Of a stretch of DNA of 64,000 nt, positions 37,806 to 46,495 are shown one piece after another. The stretch covers positions 1,674,001-1,738,000 of the forward strand of contig OZ037837.1 of assembly GCA_964035575.1 (NCBI GenBank), read 5' to 3'. This stretch comes from Rhynchopus sp. YZ270_cl-10. Lineage: Eukaryota. A program made the position numbers and the translations under genes. The notes below the pieces were generated by a model that worked only from the letters and a program-made list of their open reading frames with translations, was not told the origin of the DNA and made no database searches. How positions within the stretch are numbered: position 1 is the first letter of the stretch; each line of letters opens with the position of its first letter.

Positions 37806-40800
37806 ATGGGATCCGGAGCGTCGAAGCCTGAAAAAGACAATATTGCAAAAGCAATTACAGGGAAGGAGAGGCCCGTGGACGCAGCGGACAGCGTGGACGG
37901 GAGGACAATGCTGCACAACGCTGTTATTGCGGGGGATGTGGAGGCAGTGCGGTTTCTTGTGAAGAATGGGGCAGGGAACGTGCGTGACAGGGACGGGAAG
38001 GTGCCGCTGTGGTACGCACTGCAGCACAGGGACGCGGATGTGCGGGGCCGACTTGAGGCGGAGCTGGGGGCGCATGCAGCAGAGATCCTTGTGGAGGTGG
38101 AGGTGGCTGTGGAGAGATACCTCACTGATGGTGTCGCGACAGGGGAGGCTTCCGAAAGGAGCAGGCATGTGACATCAGACAAGAACACAGACGCGGCAGC
38201 AGGCAGACCCGGTGAGGATGACGTAGAAGCACTGCGGCGCACAGACGGACGGAAGGTGGAGTGGCTGCGTAAGGAGGAGAACCACACAAGCAGCAACAAC
38301 AGCAGTGGAGGTCAAGACCTGCTGTGCTGGCTGCGTGGTCTGCCAAATGTGGACCCGCCATTGGGCTACACAGACGAACACGTGCGACATATGGAAGCGG
38401 GGTTCCGTGTGGTGTGCAGGCGTCTGCTGGAGGACATCGCTAGCCGTACAAAGTCTTCCACCGCAGGAAAGCGCAAGAAGAGCATGGGGACACATGGTGG
38501 ACACGTGGAGGTGGAGGACTGGATGGCGGCACGCGACCCGTTTGAGCTGCTGCTGTCGGGGTTTCTGTTCACGTCTGACTGTGTGGAGTATGTGCTGGAC
38601 AGCGGCGGGGATGTTGTGTGCGACGAAAAGGGCACACCGCAGATTGCGAAAGGGCCGGACGGGAAGCTGCGGTACATCAGACTGACGGAGCGGGCTGTGC
38701 TGGACAACCATGGGAGTGCTGCTGATTCACAGTCGCTTGCGCTGTACATGACGATGAACACTGCGATGCGTGCTGTGGGGTGGCTGCCTGCGGTGAAGGA
38801 GTGGAAGGGGACGACAGCACCGAACGTGTTTGAGCTGTCGCCCGCACCCCCGCAGCTGCACGTGATTGCGACCTTTGCGCCGCTGATCCGTGGTCTGGAC
38901 CGGCTGATTGGGAGCCGTCGGAAGCAGCTGCGGACTGTGTTCCGCGGGATCAATGTGAACGTGTCTGCGAAGTACGCGCTGAATACACACATTGTGTGGA
39001 ACTGCTTCACGTCAACAACACTGAAGCGGGATGTGGCTCAGAGCTTCATGTACGGGAAGGGTGGCACGTTCTTTGTGGTGGTGGCGAAGGAGGGTGCTGC
39101 AGACGTGAAGTTCTCGTCTGTGTATGCTTCGGAGGACGAGCTGCTGTACACAGCGAACATTGAGTACCGTGTGCAGTGGAAGCTTTCGCCGACGCTGCTG
39201 CGGATGATGGGGCTGCGCTTTGACGTGATTGTGATGCAGGAGGTGTGTTCTGGTGTGGGTGAGACGAGCCCGGCTGAGCAGGTGGGTGCGCTGCAGGAGG
39301 TGATGGGACACACAGTCGCGTTCTTTGAGGACTACCTTACGCAGTACGTGGAGGGGCGTGTGGGGGACGACACACGTGTGGATGAGTCGGAGACACGTCC
39401 GCTGATGGAGGAGGTGCGGAGGTGGCTTCGTACACGTGGAGGTGTGAAGCGGGCGTCCGCAGCGTGCACAGAGTCAGGAGTGGATACGAAGAAGGGAGCT
39501 GTGCAAAGGAAAAAGGTGAAACCCATCAAGAAGAAGAAGAACAGCACAGCAGAGGGGAAAATAGAAACAAAAGGCATACGGCCAAGACCAGTTGCTTCTG
39601 GTGTGCTGTGTGTGATCGGAGAAGGAGGGAGCGGGAAGACGTCTGCTTCGATTGCAATTTTGAGCGACCTTGCAACGTCTGCGAGGAAGAGCGGAAAGAC
39701 CAGTAGCGAAGACACAAACAGGAATAGAAACAGCGTGGTTGCTGCGGATGCGAAGCCGTACTTCCCTGTGTTTGTGGCGCTACCGACTGTGAAGCAGCAC
39801 CTGCTTGAGAAGGGAGGGCTGGACAGATTTGTGCTGGAGTCGTTTGCGCTGCGGGAGGCGGACCGTGCGTACCTTGCGGAGACGTACGAGGTGGTGCTGG
39901 TGCTGGACTCTCTGGACGAGGTGGGGCTGACGAAGGAGGACGTGCGTGCTGTGGTGGCTGAGGGTGGCCTTCTGTGCCGGCACCCGTGGGTGGAGGCACA
40001 CTGCAGCGTTGTTGTGACTGTGCGTGGTGAGTACCTGAAGGGTGTGGACACGTCCCCGTCTGGTGTGTGCGGTGCTGGTGTATGTGCTGTGTACATGCAG
40101 CCGTTCACAGAGGTGGATGCGAGAACGTACATCAAGCGTGCAAACACAGCCTGGGAGAAGGAACACAAAGAGGAGAAGAAGAAGGCAGATCTCATGGTTT
40201 TCGTGCGTGAGGAGGACATTGAGGGACTTGTGCAGCTGCGGAACCCGTTTGTGCTGCACATGGCGTGCCACGCGCAGTGCAGTGGGAAGGCTTCTGAGGA
40301 GGTGATCTACGAGACCTACTTGAAGACGTGGACGAAGAAGGAGATGGCGTCTAGTGGAGTTGCTGTTTCGGATGTGTCCTTGGAGGATGTGGTTCGTGCA
40401 GGGGAGCTTGTTGCATGCAGGATGCTGGAGACAAACGAGTGGCAGGGGACTGTGGGTGTGGCGTCGGAGGTTCTTGATTCGCAGCACAGTGTGTGTGAGG
40501 GTGTGCGGGATGCGTGCTTCCGCTGCTTGCCGTTCCGTATTGAGGACTTTGGAGAGGAGCGGAGTGCATTCACGTTCCGACACAAGTCGCTTGGGGAGCA
40601 CCTTGCAGCACGGCGGCTTGCACGTGATCCAGCAGGGACACTGAAGACACTGGTGCAGCGAAGCTTCAGCAAGGACTCGCAGCGTGTGCTTGGGTTCTTT
40701 GCGGCTCTGGTGTGGGCTGAGAGTGAGCTGTATGAACGTGCCTCCAGAGCGCTGCTTGCGGCTGTGAAGGGAACACGCAAAGGTGCAGGTGAGTCAGCAG

Positions 40801-42866
40801 GGTCGAATGCAGCAGCACTGCTGGCACGTGCACGCATCCCTTTGAGTGGGGAGGACCTGAGCGGGATTCGTTTGTCGAACTGCGACCTGCGCGGGTCTCT
40901 GTTTGTGGAGACGGTGCTGACGGGCACTTCCTTCTCGAACTGCTGGCTGGAGCACACTGAGTTCCATACCTGCGACATGGGTGGCACGATGCTGCCTAAC
41001 TGCTCCCTTGGCACACCACTTCCTCCACTGCGCTTTGAGTCGGTGGTATTGGCGGTGGCAGTGACGCCTGATGGATCGCAAATAGTTACAGGCTGTGGTG
41101 ACAACTTTGTGAGCATCTGGGACATCTCGAACGCGAGTGAAGTTGCACGCATGCCAGGGCACACAGACGAAATATTTGCCGTGGCCGTGACACCTGACGG
41201 ATCACGCGTGGTTTCCTGCTCTCGAGACATGACAGTGCGTGTGTGGGACATACGCGGTGCACAGGAGCTGCTAGCAATAGAAGTGATGAGCCAAGTATTT
41301 GATGTGGCTGTGACGCCGGACAGTACTAAGGCTGTTGCCTGCGCCCACGACAGGACTGTGCGCGTGTGGGATCTCACCACTGGGAAGGAAGTGCTGCTGA
41401 TTAAGGGCGAGGGGCACCATGTTGCAGTCGTCGTAACACCCGATGGGAGCCAACTTGTGTCGTGCTCCGGTAATGTGTTGTTGGTCTGGGACCTGGCCTC
41501 TGGCAAGCAGGTGCTGCAGATGGCGGGCCATGAGGGCAATGTCAATGCTGTGGCTGTCACTCCCGATGGGGCCCACGTTGTTTCAGGCGCAGACGACAAT
41601 ACGGCACGTGTTTGGAACGTGTGCAGGGGCGAGGAGGTGATGCTGTTCCAGGGGAAGCTTCCGTTCACAGCTGTGGCAGTTACCCCCGATGGGTGTCACG
41701 CAGTCGTAGCCTCGCAGTCTTACAACATGCACGTGTGGAGCGTAGCCACGGGGAAAGAGGTGATGGTGCTGCAGGGGCATACGAAGAAAGTTACCAAGGT
41801 CGCAGTGACACCGGACGGATGCCACGTGGTGTCTTGCTCACACGACTGCACTGTGCGTATGTGGAACGTCACGAGCGGGAAGGAGGCGCTGCGTTCAGAA
41901 CGGCACTCCGCTCCAGTCCAGGGAGTCGCAGTGCTGCCCAATGGCGACGTTGTCTCATGCTGTGGCAACACTGTGCGTGTGTGGAGCTCCTGCAGTGGAC
42001 AGCAGACACAGCTGTTTGAAGGGCACACGGGCGCTGACCTGCAGGTGGCAGCATTCGCAGATGGGTCTCATGTTGTGTCCTGCTCTGCGGACAAGACCGT
42101 GCGTGTGTGGAACGTGCACACGGGGAGACAAGTCCGCATGTTCAAAACACCCCACCAGCCACTCTCCGTCGCAGTCACCCCCGACGCATCGCACATCGTG
42201 CTAAGCCTTGACCCTGAGACCGTCCGTGTATGGAGCCTGTCGAAGGGGGAGGGGGAAGGCGCAGTGTTTCAAGGGCACGCTGGTGACGTCATCGGAGTCG
42301 CGGTGACGCCAGATGGATCTCACGTAGTGTCCTGTGGATACGACATGACTGTTCGCATGTGGAAGCTTCACACTGGCGAGGAGACAATGGTGTTCAAGGG
42401 ACATCGCAATGCTGTCAGCGGTGTGGCTGTGACCCCTGATGGGTCTCGTCTCGTGTCATGCTCCTGGGACAAGACCGTGCGTGTGTGGGATGTCGCAAGC
42501 GGGAAGGAGGTGCTCAGCTTGGTGGGAAATTCTTCTTTTGTGCACGGAGTGGCGGTTACACCGGATGGGTCACGTGTGGTGTCGTGTGCAAAAGACGGTG
42601 CCGTGCGTGTGTGGAGCATTGTCAATGGTCTGGAGGTCGCAGCACTGAAGTTCAGTTGTCCGTTGTACAGTGTTGCTGTGAGCCCCGATGGGCACGATGT
42701 AGTGTGTGGGTGCGCCGACAAGACGGTGCGTGTCTGGAGCATCGCCGCTGGGTTGCGTCTCAAGAAAGTGCTGGGCCTCCCTCACACCGTTCCTCATGTG
42801 TCTGAGTGCAAGAACGTTGGCACTGTGGAACCCGAGCTAGCGAGGCGCATTCTTCTTGGACAGTGA
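37806..42866 (+). CDS. NLR-like STAND protein: N-myristoylation motif, ankyrin, ADP-ribosyltransferase, NACHT, pentapeptide repeats, WD40 array (intronless, ~1686 aa)
   Basis: Motifs: MGSGASK start; DGRTMLHNAVIAGDVEAVRFLVKNGA (Ank); TVFRG..WNCFTSTT..YASEDELLY (ART R-STT-ExE); VIGEGGSGKTS (Walker A); VLVLDSLDE (Walker B); FTFRHKSLGEHLAA (WHD); DLSGIRLSNCDLRGS (pentapeptide); about 13-14 VAVTPDG...TVRVW WD40 repeats. Confidence 0.92.
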   Translation: MGSGASKPEKDNIAKAITGKERPVDAADSVDGRTMLHNAVIAGDVEAVRFLVKNGAGNVRDRDGKVPLWYALQHRDADVRGRLEAELGAHAAEILVEVEVAVERYLTDGVATGEASERSRHVTSDKNTDAAAGRPGEDDVEALRRTDGRKVEWLRKEENHTSSNNSSGGQDLLCWLRGLPNVDPPLGYTDEHVRHMEAGFRVVCRRLLEDIASRTKSSTAGKRKKSMGTHGGHVEVEDWMAARDPFELLLSGFLFTSDCVEYVLDSGGDVVCDEKGTPQIAKGPDGKLRYIRLTERAVLDNHGSAADSQSLALYMTMNTAMRAVGWLPAVKEWKGTTAPNVFELSPAPPQLHVIATFAPLIRGLDRLIGSRRKQLRTVFRGINVNVSAKYALNTHIVWNCFTSTTLKRDVAQSFMYGKGGTFFVVVAKEGAADVKFSSVYASEDELLYTANIEYRVQWKLSPTLLRMMGLRFDVIVMQEVCSGVGETSPAEQVGALQEVMGHTVAFFEDYLTQYVEGRVGDDTRVDESETRPLMEEVRRWLRTRGGVKRASAACTESGVDTKKGAVQRKKVKPIKKKKNSTAEGKIETKGIRPRPVASGVLCVIGEGGSGKTSASIAILSDLATSARKSGKTSSEDTNRNRNSVVAADAKPYFPVFVALPTVKQHLLEKGGLDRFVLESFALREADRAYLAETYEVVLVLDSLDEVGLTKEDVRAVVAEGGLLCRHPWVEAHCSVVVTVRGEYLKGVDTSPSGVCGAGVCAVYMQPFTEVDARTYIKRANTAWEKEHKEEKKKADLMVFVREEDIEGLVQLRNPFVLHMACHAQCSGKASEEVIYETYLKTWTKKEMASSGVAVSDVSLEDVVRAGELVACRMLETNEWQGTVGVASEVLDSQHSVCEGVRDACFRCLPFRIEDFGEERSAFTFRHKSLGEHLAARRLARDPAGTLKTLVQRSFSKDSQRVLGFFAALVWAESELYERASRALLAAVKGTRKGAGESAGSNAAALLARARIPLSGEDLSGIRLSNCDLRGSLFVETVLTGTSFSNCWLEHTEFHTCDMGGTMLPNCSLGTPLPPLRFESVVLAVAVTPDGSQIVTGCGDNFVSIWDISNASEVARMPGHTDEIFAVAVTPDGSRVVSCSRDMTVRVWDIRGAQELLAIEVMSQVFDVAVTPDSTKAVACAHDRTVRVWDLTTGKEVLLIKGEGHHVAVVVTPDGSQLVSCSGNVLLVWDLASGKQVLQMAGHEGNVNAVAVTPDGAHVVSGADDNTARVWNVCRGEEVMLFQGKLPFTAVAVTPDGCHAVVASQSYNMHVWSVATGKEVMVLQGHTKKVTKVAVTPDGCHVVSCSHDCTVRMWNVTSGKEALRSERHSAPVQGVAVLPNGDVVSCCGNTVRVWSSCSGQQTQLFEGHTGADLQVAAFADGSHVVSCSADKTVRVWNVHTGRQVRMFKTPHQPLSVAVTPDASHIVLSLDPETVRVWSLSKGEGEGAVFQGHAGDVIGVAVTPDGSHVVSCGYDMTVRMWKLHTGEETMVFKGHRNAVSGVAVTPDGSRLVSCSWDKTVRVWDVASGKEVLSLVGNSSFVHGVAVTPDGSRVVSCAKDGAVRVWSIVNGLEVAALKFSCPLYSVAVSPDGHDVVCGCADKTVRVWSIAAGLRLKKVLGLPHTVPHVSECKNVGTVEPELARRILLGQ

Positions 42867-43099
42867 TGCAGGCATGTGTTCTGCTGTCTTTCTTTTTGCA
42901 CTGATATGCACTCCGTTTTCCAATGTGAGATGCTCGTAAACACGTTTCGTTAAAGTTTAATGACAACCACCAGGTCTCACACCTACAGCACCCCACATTT
43001 TCTTCAGGATTTTTTTTTGTCTTGCTCCCCAATTCTCAACCACCCCTTATTTTCAATTTAAGGCCGCGTATTTAAGCGGCGCTTTGCTTTGGATGATAA

Positions 43100-43441
43100 C
43101 CAAAAGAAAACCGACGCAGGAGCTTTTCTTGGAACTGTTTTATTCTCCCCACCCCAACAACATCACATTTCAGAAAAACATTGTTTTTTCGTTTTTGTTC
43201 ACTTTCTTTTCTTCTCCCTCACACCTGTTTGCTGTGAATTAAATTTTTTCGTTTGCCTGGTCGCATACTGCGAGTTTTCCTGGAAGCGCAGGAAAAATGA
43301 CTGGGGAGTGTTGGTGGCTCCGTGACGCCACAGAGCCGGCACACTCGTTGAGTGCCTCACAAAACCTCAAATTTATTCCGCTTTGATTTTATTTATTGTC
43401 TTCACGCTATATTGTTGTTGTTGGGTTGGGAAATAAAACTG
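43100..43441 (+). promoter_or_regulatory. ~340-bp upstream module shared with the giant ART gene (split copy at ~5450-5580, 8132-8270, 8560-8612)
   Basis: Collinear, highly similar blocks in the same orientation, ending ~125-130 bp upstream of both ATGs. The regulatory role is inferred. Confidence 0.5.
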
Positions 43442-43565
43442 AAACTAATAACAAAGACTCCCCCCCTTTTTTACTTTTCGTGATCACGCCTTTCTCTCTC
43501 TGCGCTATGTCAGATGCCCCACACAACCACAAACACACCAGCATACAATACACAAGCTATTCAAT

Positions 43566-44936
43566 ATGGATCTGCATGTCCAGACCTTTTTCAACAAGAC
43601 GCTCCTGGTCGAGGTGGAGATGGATGACACAACTGCGGACATACGGCGGAAGGTGGCGTCTGCAGCAGAGTTGCGCGAAGACGGCTTTGACATAAGCTTT
43701 GGCGGGAAGGTGATGGCAGAAGGAGACGACACGACGCAGCTGAGTGCTGGGGACACGATTGTGCTGACGAAGAAGAAGTCGCAGAAGGACGACGCCATTG
43801 CAGCACTTCGTGACTCGGGTGAGACCAGGCTGACGACAGAGAGGTTCGAAGGTCTGACGGATCCCAACCTGGTTCGTTTGTTTCTGCAGGCGGAGGTTGT
43901 TACCGAGATACCCTCACAATGCTTGGAAAGTGGCACGTTCGAGGAACTTGATCTCAGTGGTGTGTCAGGTGTGACGACCGTAGGCGACGGCTTCTTCTCC
44001 AAATGCAGTGTGTTGACGACACTTGACCTGTCTGGGTGGGACAGTGTTACGCACGTTCACAGAGACTTTCTCTCTTCGTGCAGTTCGTTGACGACAGTTG
44101 ACCTGTCTGGGTGGAGTAATGTCACACAAATTTCTACGTGCTTCTTGTCCGACTGCAGCACATTGACCACCCTCGACCTGTCTGGGTGGGGCAGTGTGAC
44201 GACCATTCACAACCACTTCCTCAGCAACTGCAGCGCACTGACCGCTGTTGACGTGTCTGCGTTCCGCAACGTCACGTACATCGGGGAGTTCTTCTTCACC
44301 GGCTGCAGCGCGTTGACGACAGTTGATCTGTCTGCGTTGAAAGGCACCTCGGTGGTGGGCAGAGGCTTCCTCTACAGCTGCAGCGGGTTGACAGCACTTG
44401 ACTTGCATGGGTGGAGCAATGTAACGGCCATTGAGGAATTTTTCATGCTCGAGTGCAGCGCGTTGAAAACCCTTGACTTGTCTGGGTGGAGCGGTGTGGA
44501 GATGGTTGGTGAAGCCTTCTTCACCTCCAACAAAACGTTGACGACGCTGGACATGTCTGGGTGGAGCAGGGTTGCGTTGGTTCAGCACGGCTTCCTCCTC
44601 AACTGCAGCGCGTTAAAAACCCTTGACCTGCATGGCTGGAGCAATGTCACGCAGATTGGGAATTACTTCCTCACCGAGTGCAGCGCGTTGAAAACCCTTG
44701 ACCTGTCTGGGTGGAGCAGTGTCACTGATGTGCATTTTTACTTTCTCTCCAAATGCACTGCACTGAGGAAATTAAACTTGTCTGGGTGGAGCAGCGTGGA
44801 CTGGATCGGCGGCGACTTCATGAAAGACTGCGAGATACGTACGTGGGGGGTCAAAGTCACTGGATCGAGCAGCCTAGTGTCCAAAAGGGTGCAGGATGAG
44901 TGTTTCACGAACAATTGCAGATGTGTGTGCATGTGA
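43566..44936 (+). CDS. Ubiquitin-like domain + 25-aa LRR (BspA/LRR_5-like) protein with C-terminal CaaX box
   Basis: MDLHVQTFFNKTLLVEVEMDDTTADIRRKVA...ISFGGKVMAEG (UBL); about 12 repeats of LxTLDLSGWSxVTxIxxxFLxxCSA; ends ...CRCVCM-stop. Confidence 0.9.
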   Translation: MDLHVQTFFNKTLLVEVEMDDTTADIRRKVASAAELREDGFDISFGGKVMAEGDDTTQLSAGDTIVLTKKKSQKDDAIAALRDSGETRLTTERFEGLTDPNLVRLFLQAEVVTEIPSQCLESGTFEELDLSGVSGVTTVGDGFFSKCSVLTTLDLSGWDSVTHVHRDFLSSCSSLTTVDLSGWSNVTQISTCFLSDCSTLTTLDLSGWGSVTTIHNHFLSNCSALTAVDVSAFRNVTYIGEFFFTGCSALTTVDLSALKGTSVVGRGFLYSCSGLTALDLHGWSNVTAIEEFFMLECSALKTLDLSGWSGVEMVGEAFFTSNKTLTTLDMSGWSRVALVQHGFLLNCSALKTLDLHGWSNVTQIGNYFLTECSALKTLDLSGWSSVTDVHFYFLSKCTALRKLNLSGWSSVDWIGGDFMKDCEIRTWGVKVTGSSSLVSKRVQDECFTNNCRCVCM

Positions 44937-45013
44937 GCTGGGTCGTAACGTACACTGCACCCACTGTGCGTCTGCTCCAGCCAGATATTTTCTGTTCATT
45001 TGCATGAATATTT

Positions 45014-45825
45014 CAACATTTCAACCTCTCCCCCACTTTTTCCGTTTTGCGATTTTTACTCTGTTTTAGAATCGAGTGTGTTACGATTTCTATTTTCGTT
45101 TTGCCTTTTGACATATTTTGCCTTGAGGACACCAGATCACAAAGCGTTTCTTCGCTGTTCAACACGCAAGAAGCAAAGCTTAGGTCTTGGGCCTGCAGGT
45201 GGCTCTCATAATACACAGAGAGTCCCTCACTGTCCATGGTGGATCAAATTGAGTGACATCATAGTTCCCCTCTTTCTAGTGCCAGCGTAAAACCCAACTT
45301 CATTTTATTTTTGGCTGGCATCGTACGTCAGTCGGAGGTGCCTGCATCAACAACTACACGGTTTTTTCTATGATTACACGCAATGCTAAAAGAAAATTGA
45401 CACTTCGCGGACAGGTCGAAGTGTGTGCGTTTCACCACAACCTCTCGTTTTTGTCTTTATTGTATTTTATTGTCTTTATTGGTTCGTGGGGGTGGGGAAA
45501 CACAAAAAGGAACGGTCAGAGTGCGGTGTTTAATTCCCATTCCCTTCTCTTGTGCTGTACCGTACTTCAGGACAACATTTCAACCTCTCCCCCACTTTTT
45601 CCGTTTCCTATTTTAGAATCAACAGAGTGGGTACGTTACGATTTCTATTTCGTTTTGCCTTTTGACATATTTTGCCTTGAGGACACCAGATCACAAAGCG
45701 TTTCTTCGCTGTTCAACACGCAAGAAGCAAAGCTTAGGTCTTGGGCCTGCAGGTGGCTCTCATAATACACAGAGAGTCCCTCACTGTCCATGGTGGATCA
45801 AATTGAGTGACATCATAGTTCCCCT
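45014..45825 (+). repeat. ~255-bp direct repeat pair (45014-45271, 45573-45825)
   Basis: Near-identical blocks, e.g. TTTGCCTTGAGGACACCAGATCACAAAGCG...GACATCATAGTTCCCCT. Confidence 0.85.
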
Positions 45826-45872
45826 GATTCTAGTCCTCGCACAAAACCCAACCCAACTTCATTTTTCTCATG

Positions 45873-46308
45873 CCCTTTGTGCTGTGATTTTGTGCTCCAC
45901 CTCTCAACCGTACTTGAAGGTTTCAACCCTGGTATAGAAATACCCCCTCACCCACACAGTTGGGGCCATATTCTGCGCAAGAATTACCCCTATTATGGTG
46001 CTGTACGGTCGGGGTTTCACAACTTGTCACATAATTAGTCATCAAACCGCGAACGCACCCTGCAAGACCGTGCCGAAGAAGGCCTCGTCGACGTCGCTGC
46101 CGCCGTCGACGCACTCCGCTCCTCCGTTCTCACAAGCAGCGCGCACCGCGAGCCCGCCCTCCTCGACATCGACCCCTCCGAGGTCCGCGACGGCCTTGGC
46201 GGCGAGGTCGACCGTCTCCACGTCATCATCCGCTACATTGAGCACATTGGGTCCATCCACGACAGCACCACTGCGCTCTCCACTGTCTCCCACCTCGAAC
46301 AAAAGCTC
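45873..46308 (+). pseudogene. Internally deleted duplicate of the 5' flank and a coding segment of the coiled-coil/PDZ gene
   Basis: 45873-46037 matches ~58156-58335; 46047-46308 matches 59130-59391 almost exactly. Confidence 0.85.
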
Positions 46309-46495
46309 ACTCCCCTTCTCAATGTTCTCCTACTTCTGGTGAATAAAAAAAAGGGAGACTTCCTTACAAAAACGGAAAATGCTGAACACTTCTCACCTCC
46401 CCTTTCTTCACTCACACCACACACCTGAATAGGCAGCTGATTACACATCCCCACCCTTTCTCTTCTGCGTCTATATCCAAAAGAGGTGTCTTGTT

